NCBI RefSeq assembly: GCF_006345805.1
Contig: NC_042998.1
Span: 100,130,001-100,194,000, forward strand
Direction of reading: 5' to 3'
DNA length: 64,000 nucleotides
Source of the DNA: Octopus sinensis
Taxonomy: Eukaryota
Shown here: one piece after another, positions 56,801 to 64,000 of the stretch
How positions within the stretch are numbered: the first letter of the stretch is position 1
Layout of the letters: every line of letters starts with the position of its first letter
Position numbers and translations under genes: made by a program
Notes under the pieces: model-generated
What the model was told of the DNA's origin: nothing
Database searches by the model: none
The model's input: the letters and a program-made list of their open reading frames with translations, nothing else

Positions 56801-57186
56801 CAAATTATATTTTATTCTGATAACTATCCTACTAACAACTAATTTACTTTATATTTTTATACTTTTCATACAATATATTAAAACTATTTTAGTTTTATTT
56901 TGTATATAAAGTTAGATGTGTTTTATAACTAATGGAAAAAATTTTAAGCAAAATCATTTTCTTCTCAGGAGGGGGAAAAAGTTGTTAGTTTAAAAATTGA
57001 AGGAAAATAAAAATTGATAGGACTGTACACTATTTCTGCATACTAGCAACATGTTATTTACGCTAAATTTAAAGACAATCAGTAGTGTACTTACCTGCTG
57101 TGTGAGGGACTTAAATGAGATGATGGTGAGTCAGGAGGAAGACAAGAGGTCACTTCTTCATCAGGAATTATTTCAGGATTGTCCAC
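25435..57186 (-). CDS. FRMD4: FERM domain-containing protein 4 (FRMD4A/B)-like, C-terminal part; join of 57186-57095, 45270-43837, 25597-25435. No FERM-domain exons seen, presumably beyond 64000
   Basis: Three exons chain in phase (0-2, 2-2, 2-stop). The C-terminus EMLAWYEDQESSKKHPTLV* resembles human FRMD4B ...LFWHEDSKPGTLV as recalled. Identity rests on this tail, not on a visible FERM domain. Confidence 0.62.
26204..26261. repeat. Perfect 29-bp tandem duplication
   Basis: aacagaattcagttaatattaaggagata twice, head to tail. Confidence 0.95.
26781..27004. mobile_element. TTAA-flanked MITE (piggyBac type)
   Basis: TTAA acatttagcatt ... aatgctaaaagg TTAA; about 216 bp between the target sites. 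Confidence 0.8.
29757..29809. repeat. (AT)n microsatellite
   Basis: Perfect run abutting an (ATC)n retroposon tail. Confidence 0.97.
31500..31706 (-). mobile_element. SINE family A, near full length, nested in an older purine-rich repeat
   Basis: Same core sequence plus the tRNA-like head (tttgaactcagaac...); older repeat continues on both sides (about 31040-32100). Confidence 0.88.
32521..32731 (-). mobile_element. SINE family A, full length
   Basis: Head rc ggtggtgaactggcagaatcgttagc, B-box-like gttcaaattc, shared core, short (ATT) tail. Confidence 0.9.
33575..33621 (-). ncRNA. Minimal type I hammerhead ribozyme motif, probably inactive copy
   Basis: Minus strand reads CUGAUGA-a-GGCUG-gaggauauau-CAGCC-GAAAC: intact core and perfect 5-bp stem II. 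Stem I/III region is damaged by a short deletion relative to the right-hand copy. Confidence 0.65.
33690..33756 (-). promoter_or_regulatory. tRNA-like SINE head with Pol III A and B boxes
   Basis: Minus strand: TGGCATAGTGG (A box, 33756-33746) and ATTCGATTCC (B-box variant, 33711-33702) at tRNA spacing; no full cloverleaf. Confidence 0.75.
33803..34315 (+). mobile_element. ~500-bp non-LTR-type element inserted into the (AAT)n tract of the palindrome's right arm
   Basis: Bounded by (AAT)n on both sides, ends ...ctctctcactc(AAT)n, has no counterpart in the left arm. Confidence 0.65.
34361..34408 (+). ncRNA. Second hammerhead motif, degenerate
   Basis: agacaa-CUGAUGA-aaucuggaggguauauccacu-GAAAC-AUU-guguu: core and stem I partner present, stem II mutated. 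Confidence 0.5.
37902..38045 (-). mobile_element. RTE-type 3' end, same family
   Basis: tcatttaacatccattttccatgctggcatgggttggac...cttcctaatgccaa. Confidence 0.82.
38485..38715 (+). mobile_element. SINE family A, older copy
   Basis: ctgagttcaaattcagccaaggtcaac...aagtaccag...ggccttgtgtgcctataat...attattatt. Confidence 0.85.
39533..39762 (+). mobile_element. SINE family C
   Basis: catggtttagtggtttgggtgttggactc...ttgtgttcttgagcaaaa...ctccagtccactcagct. Confidence 0.8.
43837..45270 (-). CDS. FRMD4: FRMD4-like large exon, 1434 nt, S/P/Q-rich (PQLTGGYTPSSVYST...KPFETSDFFKYSEKLRRAR...YKPPQPMTCEPV...TNVS)
   Basis: Contains the 420-aa ORF 43833..45095 and stays open up to tatctttttcag at 45271; donor CCAG|gtgagc. 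Includes Q6 and Ser runs encoded by CAA and AGC repeats. Confidence 0.93.
46815..47286 (+). mobile_element. CR1-type LINE 3' fragment, same family
   Basis: IRHLPYSECLTSLGMDTLKLRHLAADL...NTRGHVYKVRKQHSSHDFRKH; ends gagcactgtatacaa plus (ATT)n. Confidence 0.92.
52428..53642 (+). mobile_element. Tc1-like DNA transposon, full length, inactivated
   Basis: TA|cagtggctagacaaaaataatggaaacac ... gtatttccattattttgtccaattccag|TA; N-terminal HTH with SGRKPKL, then NVIFSDES, VKHGGGSVMIWG, IFQD.NAPIH; several stops and frameshifts. Confidence 0.93.
54482..54800 (-). mobile_element. tRNA-derived SINE family B, well preserved; a decayed neighbour lies at about 54985-55335
   Basis: ttttactcgtttcagtcatttgactgcagccatgctggagcacc...internal CA/TA tract...gtagaagacacttgcc...gcagtgggact; homologous to 16112-16420, 35798-35935 and 19980-20108. 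Confidence 0.9.
57095..57186 (-). CDS. FRMD4: FRMD4-like exon, 92 nt (VDNPEIIPDEEVTSCLPPDSPSSHLSPSHS)
   Basis: tcttttcactctag|GTG...AGCAG|gtaagt on minus; ends in phase 2, matching the next exon. Confidence 0.8.
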
Positions 57187-57884
57187 CTAGAGTGAAAAGA
57201 AATGTGACAATAAGGTGTTGGTCTACTGACTCCAACAGCAAGACTTCAAACTAGGACTGTTGTTTCCTGGATAAGGCACAAAATTCTGCTAAAATCAGTT
57301 TTTATGACTAGCAATGGAGCCTACTTGTACTTCATAAAAGAGTAATTAGCTTTAAGAAAAACCACTGCACTGTTAGCATTAGAAAATATGTTGTGTAAAA
57401 TAGCTAAAATAATAAGTGAAATAAAAATGACTACAATAGAATGAAAATAAGTTATCTCGAGACAAATTACGTCAGAGGGAAAATTAAAAAAAATTTTTTT
57501 TCATTTATTTGTCCTGCATCCTCAAAGCATTTTTTGCAGGTAGAAAAAAATATTTGGAACTAAGTTCAAAGAGCAATATAAATATTATCAAGTTTAATTT
57601 AACAGCTGATAAAATTTTAATACAGCTACCTGCTGAGACAAATATTACAATCACTAACACTATTAGCAAACAACTTTGGTCAAATGGAAAGACTCTCTTT
57701 CACAGTAAATGGAAGGAGCCCCTTCACAGTTCTTCAACCTGTGAGAAAGAGTAATCAAATCTCACTGAAATCACATCCTACTGCCATCAAAAAGTGGAAG
57801 GACACATAGAACAATGTTGCCCCAGATATATAAAACATCACAGAATACTTAGGATCTTAGGTCTCCTGGATCAGGCAATGTATG

Positions 57885-58018
57885 ATCATCATCATCGTTT
57901 AGCGTCCACTTTCCATGCTGGCATGGGTTGGACGGTGCAACTGGGGTCTGGGAAGCCAGGAGGCTGCACCAGGCCCAGTCTGATCTGGCAATGTTTCTAC
58001 GGCTGGATGCCCTTCCTA
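57885..58018 (-). mobile_element. RTE-type 3' end, well preserved
   Basis: atcatcatcatcgtttagcgtccactttccatgctggcatgggttggacgg...ggctggatgcccttccta. Confidence 0.85.
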
Positions 58019-58700
58019 TATAGTGATATAATAATATGACACTAGTTTCATACTATTTAAATATCAATCTATTGACATGGTTTGGGTTTTCACAGTAAAG
58101 TAAAAGGTGAGCCTCTAATAAATTGAGTGCATTAACTAATTTCCATTTTTATGAAACCATTTCACTTTACTTATTTTGCTAATACCCTTGATAAAGATTT
58201 GAAAAGTAATGCTATCTCATTCCTGGATCTGGCTTTGTACTCAAGAGAAAATTCAATATAATTCAATCAACATTCAAGAAATTACTATTGAAATTTTATC
58301 TTTAACATGAGGAAACAAGTGTTGTAAGGTTCAAATGCTGAACTACATTTATTTCAAATCTTACAACAGTCTAGGTGTATGACTTTTGTTGCAGTCTGAC
58401 ATATTGACAAAAACAAAAAAAAAAACATGATCCACTCCTGCCTTATAGATGGTGATTAACATCAGGAGGGGTTTCTGTAAAAAAAAAAATCCGGCAAACA
58501 AATATTCTTATTTGTAGTGGCGCCATTTAATTTAAGAACGCTAGTTTACTAATGCTAAAATGGCATCTTTTATATATTAAAGTTGTAAATTTGTAAATTG
58601 AGATGTATATTAAAATAAAGAAAATTTCATGAGCTTTAATATGATATACAACTTTACAGCATAACACCAACATGCTAATTTTAAATTAAAAATAAATCTT

Positions 58701-59065
58701 AACAAGAGCACTCAGAGAGCGCAAACCTCTGGCAAGGCAACACCAACATCCTCTCAGCGATTAGCTGGAGATGATTTTAAAATAAGAATATCTGAAATAA
58801 ATTCAACTGCTCTCACAAACAAGAACACTAAAAATTAACCCAACTGCTCTCAAAAATTAAGTAAGGAAAAAAATACCCGGAAAAATAACCCAGAATCCCT
58901 CTCCGGAACCAGATTGAACCCAAAATCTAATCAGTTCATGCCAGTCAGGGCAAACATCCCTGAAAGTTTCATCTGAATCCATCCAGCAGTTCTTAAGATA
59001 TCTTGTCCACAGACACACAAACACGGCTGAAAACAATACCCTTGCCTTTCCTAAGGCAGAGGTAA
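58701..59065 (-). mobile_element. Non-autonomous element with subterminal inverted repeats, Helentron/HINE-like
   Basis: Minus strand starts TTACCTCTGCC and ends CAGAGGTTTGCGCTCTCTGAGTGCTCTTGTT; inverted acctctg (58725) / cagaggt (59057); no target duplication. Class assignment is inference. Confidence 0.55.
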
Positions 59066-59329
59066 TTATCGTAATTTATAGTGCAGTTTAATTTAAGAAC
59101 GCTTTATAAAATTTCATTTTTTTTTGCTTTAAAAAGTTTATTCTGTGATAAAAAAAAACCAACAAAAAAACAAGCTTCTACAATCACTGTTTGGTTGGGT
59201 ATCCAAAATTACTTAATACAGCTTTGCATCTGTGTAATACAGAATTGTTCAGATCATTTATCACTGTTCCTGAGATTTTTTCCCAATTTTGCCTAATAAT
59301 GTTAAAAAAAAAAAATCATCCTTATTCTT

Positions 59330-60100
59330 TGGCTTATTACTTTGCACAGCTCTACCCAACCTTTCCCAAAGATTTTCGATGGGATTTAGATCGGGCAACT
59401 GTGCTGGCTACAGCATCAACCGAACTGACTTAGACATAATGTAATCTCTGACTAGGTGTGAGATGTGTTTTGGGTTGTTGCCATGTTGCAAAGTTCAGGA
59501 CTGGCCCAAATGCTTTTGGGTGTATGGAATATTTCGGGTGTATCCAATATTTCTAGACAGAACTTACTACCCATAACACCCTTGATTTGGATTATAGGAT
59601 CGACACCTTTTCCAGACATGCACCCCAACACCATCACACTTCAACCACCATGCTTAATTGGAGGTCGATTGCATTCTGGATGATATTCTTCACCTGTATG
59701 CCTTCTTACATACTTTCTGCCATCACTGCTGAACAAGTTGAACTTTGACTTGTCCAACTACAACACATTTGACCAATCTGCTGGACTCCAATTCAAAAGC
59801 TTTTTTGCGAACTTTATTTGGGTACGTCAATTTTTTTAAAGTCCAAATTCTTTGAGGCATTTTTTTTATGGTGGAAACTCCAATGGTAAATCCATATTTT
59901 TGCCAAATTTCTTTTAAAATGTCAACAGCAGTCATTTTTCTTTTTTTTTTTAAGGACAGTCTACGAATGTATCTATCCATTCTTGCCATTGTTTTTCTTG
60001 GTTGCACAGGTCGAGAGCGGTCTTTATAATCATTAGCTTCTTTATAGAGATGGACAGTATCAAACTTTGCTTGAAATAACTTTATATGATATGACCATAT
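59330..60100 (-). mobile_element. Tc1-like transposase relic
   Basis: ORFs 59723..60007 (QPRKT.ARMDRYIRRLSLK...TAVDI) and 59452..59637 (MMVLGCMSGKGV...IKGVM); TIRs not identified, ends approximate. Confidence 0.75.
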
Positions 60101-63100
60101 CAGGCTATCTAGTATTTTTGCCTTAACATTTTAATAAATCATTATTAAAGACCATTTTCTTAATTTGACTGAGTATTCAATATGGTCTTTGGTTGGATTC
60201 TTTTCCTACTGAAAATAGCTAGACTATGAACAGAGACTGATGTGATTATGTATATTGAAAGGATTTAAAAAAAAACATATTTCACTAAGCAATACTGCTT
60301 TTAAAATTAAAAATGAGAGATGAAAGTTGTATAAAAACAGAGGAGTTTAAGACTTGCCATTTGTAAGCCGATGTCCTAGTTCTCATAGCTGAAGCTGTTG
60401 ATGAATTAAAGAATTCCAAACTTGAAGCAAAATTTATTAAGGCAATTCAGGGTTAGTTAGTAGGAAAGAAGACAGGATTCTATTGCCTTTGAGGAAATGG
60501 CCATGTTTGACATGCAGAAGATCAGTAGCTAGAAATTCCACATAGCTTACTCTATATTGAGTAAGTATGGATGCATAGTAGGTGCACTGGGATAACAGAC
60601 AGGTTGACAGAAAAGAAAGACTTAGTATGAAACAATGAACTAAGAAAAAGTTGGGTATAAGAGCTACAAAAAGAACTGGATGCAGAGTATAAAGGAGAAG
60701 AGTACATTGATATGGACTTAGATGACTTGACACTAATTGGTAAAGAAGGAATTGCCAGAAGTGAAAGATCAAGTAGAGCAATTTCGGTAGAAGAGGTAGA
60801 AGCTAATCTCACAAAAGAGATTTCAAAGAACTGTAAAAAGTTGCAAGACATTGTACTGGAGAAAGCTTAATTAACCCAGGTTAGCATCGAAAAACAGGCA
60901 TATGATAATCATGAAATAAAAAATTTTTTTTTATTACTTATTGTGTCTGGAAGAAGGAGCATTACCTATAACTTTTGCAGCCCCTCTGAGATCAGTGAGC
61001 TTGATGCTGTAAATGTTCTGTTTAACTGTTGAAAGTCAACTATCGTAAGAAATACCTGAATAATACTAAGAATTAAGTTATTCTAAATTGAAAAACCAAT
61101 TAGATAAAGGTACTTAGTACTAAAGTAGTGAAGAGAAACAGCTTAAGGAAGTAAGGTTTTGGATTTATCTGTCAAGTATCCCTAAAAAAGGTGGTTAGGT
61201 AAGTAGAAATATAGAGAATAGAGTATAGTAACTTACATTATTTGTGAAAGCCACATGAGAACAGTCTCTTTTAGAATGAGGAACAGGAGATGGAACTGGT
61301 GATATCATCTCAGGTTCTGAAATAAAAATTAATGTGAATGTATGTATTATTTATAAAGTTTAATACATATATAATGATAGCTGTCACTGGAATTGTGTGT
61401 GTGTAAATATGTTTTAAACAGTGCTTTTGTACAGATCAAATGACTTCTCAGAGAGAATCGAACTCACATTTTTTGTTGATAGCATGATGTATTACATTTG
61501 CTATGTATATCTGCACAGAACATTGCTCACAAAAATGTAAGCAAATATTTATCATTTAATTCTACTTTATCACTAAAAATATTTAGCATCTAAAAATTCA
61601 ATTACTTAAGCATTTTTGAATCAATGAATTGTTATACACACACACAAACCAATGATGGTAAAACTTAGTTCTTAACCAACAAGGAGCTAAACAGCCAAGT
61701 TACACCCTACATTTTGTTTTTTAAAGAACATTAGCTAATGTGGTGCCAAACTCCTTGTACATAGAAAAAAAAAGAGATAGTCATAGCTGGAATGCCTTTG
61801 ACTATAGATCTAATCAAACAAGGCTAAAATATTCTTACAATGCCAAATTTTTTTAACATATGGAATTATATCATTTCTTCAATAACATGACTATAGACTT
61901 CCTAAATAACATTTTTTATATTAATAGGACATAATTGCAAAGTATAATCTGTATTTTTTAAAGATAAAATTGGAAGAAAATGAGATGACTATAACAGATG
62001 TAAATTTGGTAGAAAATGATATCAAGTTCATTCAACTCAGAGTTTTGAGGAAAAACCATAAAGGTTAAAACTTGTTAGCCTGATGACAAACTACAATTTG
62101 AGTTCAGTTTTTTCTGTATGCCTGGAGAATGTCTGAATATTTAGGTAAGTATTATTGCAATCTTAACTCAGTAGTACTATGCCCTATATGACTATGATAA
62201 TTACAGACAAGATCTAGTATAATATTTAATAGTACCGTATATTCAATCAAGATTTTGTGAGTTCATTAGGTAGTATATTTAAGTTTTCTTGAACAATCTC
62301 TGAAGGAAAGTTTTACTGAAATTAAATATTTTTAGCAACACAAGACAGGAATAGTATCAAGAAACTGGAGAAAAGGAATGAAATTATGGAGAATGTGAAA
62401 CAAAAATAATGAAAATTAAGAAGAGTTTTAAAGATTTCAGAGATCAAGATTAGCATTCTGATTTCAAATGCAGACAGGAATTTTAAGATTTTAAAGCTGA
62501 CAACACAGAATAATAAATGTCAATAATTTTAGAAACTGAAAATGACAATAAGAAAAGCAGTTTCTAGACATCAAAGATAACATGCAACAGAAGGTTGAGG
62601 AAAATAAAGATGAAACTAAATTATCAGAAGCCACTATTATTTTTATTGTATTTTAATGATAAAGAAATACAGTAGAAAGGGATATATTCATTGAAAGAGG
62701 AACTTTGTAAGCACTGGCATAAGTTTTACAAATACAGATATATTTACATTTTCTTTCCCTTTTTTTTTTTGTTTTTTTAGGTAATGAATCTTGGATAGTT
62801 TCAAAGATTTGGAATATGAGCTGTTGGGGAGGTTGTTTAATAAGTAGAAGACATTACACACCATCCACTCAATAGTGCTAAATATATTTAAGATAAGAAA
62901 ATGTACAGTGGCTGTGATAAGGTTTAACAACCTCTATCATACTGACATGAGAGTAAATCTTATCTTATGTTTCAATTTTGTTTCCAGTCTACACTAGTAT
63001 AAATGGACCAGATTTTTTAAGTTGTTTTTCAAAATAACAGAATGTCCAATCTAAACTGCCAAGCATTCAAGTAAGACTATGGTCAGTCAGGTTAATTAAA

Positions 63101-63690
63101 AGCAAACACAGATATGTTCTTTGTCCACAAGCATGACAAACAAATTGTAGTAAGAGCTGAATTAATGACCATACAATTAATGTCTTAATCCTTAAATATC
63201 AGAAACATTGACTCTTAGTCTGGCACATATAAAAGGTTAAGGCTTCAAATTACAAACAATTATGTAATAAACTTTAATATTTTCACACAAGCTTTATGAA
63301 AGAGCTCTGCAGAATAGTATCACAAGTTTCATTAATGCTTATTACTGTATTCATAACATACAGCTTTCAGCAAAACCTTTGCACTATTTCTATCCTGGCT
63401 AATTCCTATCTTGAACACCATCCACTCTACATGTAGTAACATGCTATTGTTTAATTAATTTTGAATGAATATTCAGTTCACATACTACCATGTTTGGCTG
63501 CTATTTTTAGCTAGTCAAGAGATCATACAGAGATGTCCTTGTTCTAATAGCATTTTAATGATAGTATGTCAACCATCCATATATACCTGTCATAACAGTA
63601 TTCTAAAATGTATCAATTAAGCAATTTCTATGTTTTAGTATTTTTTCAATGAAAATGTATCACTCATACTTTGATATATTTGTCCTAGTG

Positions 63691-63783
<93 letters not shown>
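63691..63783. repeat. (CT)8(CA)n compound microsatellite
   Basis: Directly visible, one interruption. Confidence 0.97.
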
Positions 63784-63784
<1 letters not shown>

Positions 63785-64000
63785 TTTAAAGAAAGGAAAA
63801 TGATAACCAAGTTATTTTCTGTTGATCCTAGATGAAACAAAAACAGGATTTTTTAAGAAAATGATGGAAATATATCTCATTGTTTTATTCAAACTCATAG
63901 GAGCTTGGATAACTAATAAAATACCCATCTGCTCCTTTCTACAATGAACTGTATTTCTTTGTAAATGGCAGTTACTTAAAGTAAGCCAAGTGAACCTGTA

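Noticed and set aside
63570-63610. 16-nt minus-strand micro-exon candidate
   Set aside because: The frame needed to join the phase-0 exon at 57186 contains TGA, and the donor gtatat is weak.

Overview
AT-rich, repeat-dense eukaryotic DNA. The repeat families look like those of octopus (inference from recalled repeat sequences, not a database search). Two intron-rich genes face each other tail-to-tail. On + is ATE1 (arginyl-tRNA-protein transferase 1): ten exons between 3872 and 20937, every junction in frame, first exon not found in the window. On - are the last three recognisable exons of a FRMD4A/B-like gene (57186 down to 25435), ending in the PDZ-binding motif -TLV. The rest is intron filled with CR1 and RTE LINE fragments, several tRNA-derived SINE families, decayed Tc1, maT and mariner transposons, TTAA MITEs and microsatellites. 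Two things stand out. (1) ATE1 has two homologous 168-nt exons (13437-13604 and 13673-13840) separated by only 68 nt, a mutually exclusive pair parallel to vertebrate exons 7A/7B but with a different 3' boundary. (2) A ~1-kb head-to-head palindrome (33508-34488) is built from a SINE-like unit joining a tRNA-like Pol III head to a minimal hammerhead-ribozyme motif of the Penelope type. All alignments and structures were done by eye; comparisons with human proteins are from memory and need checking.
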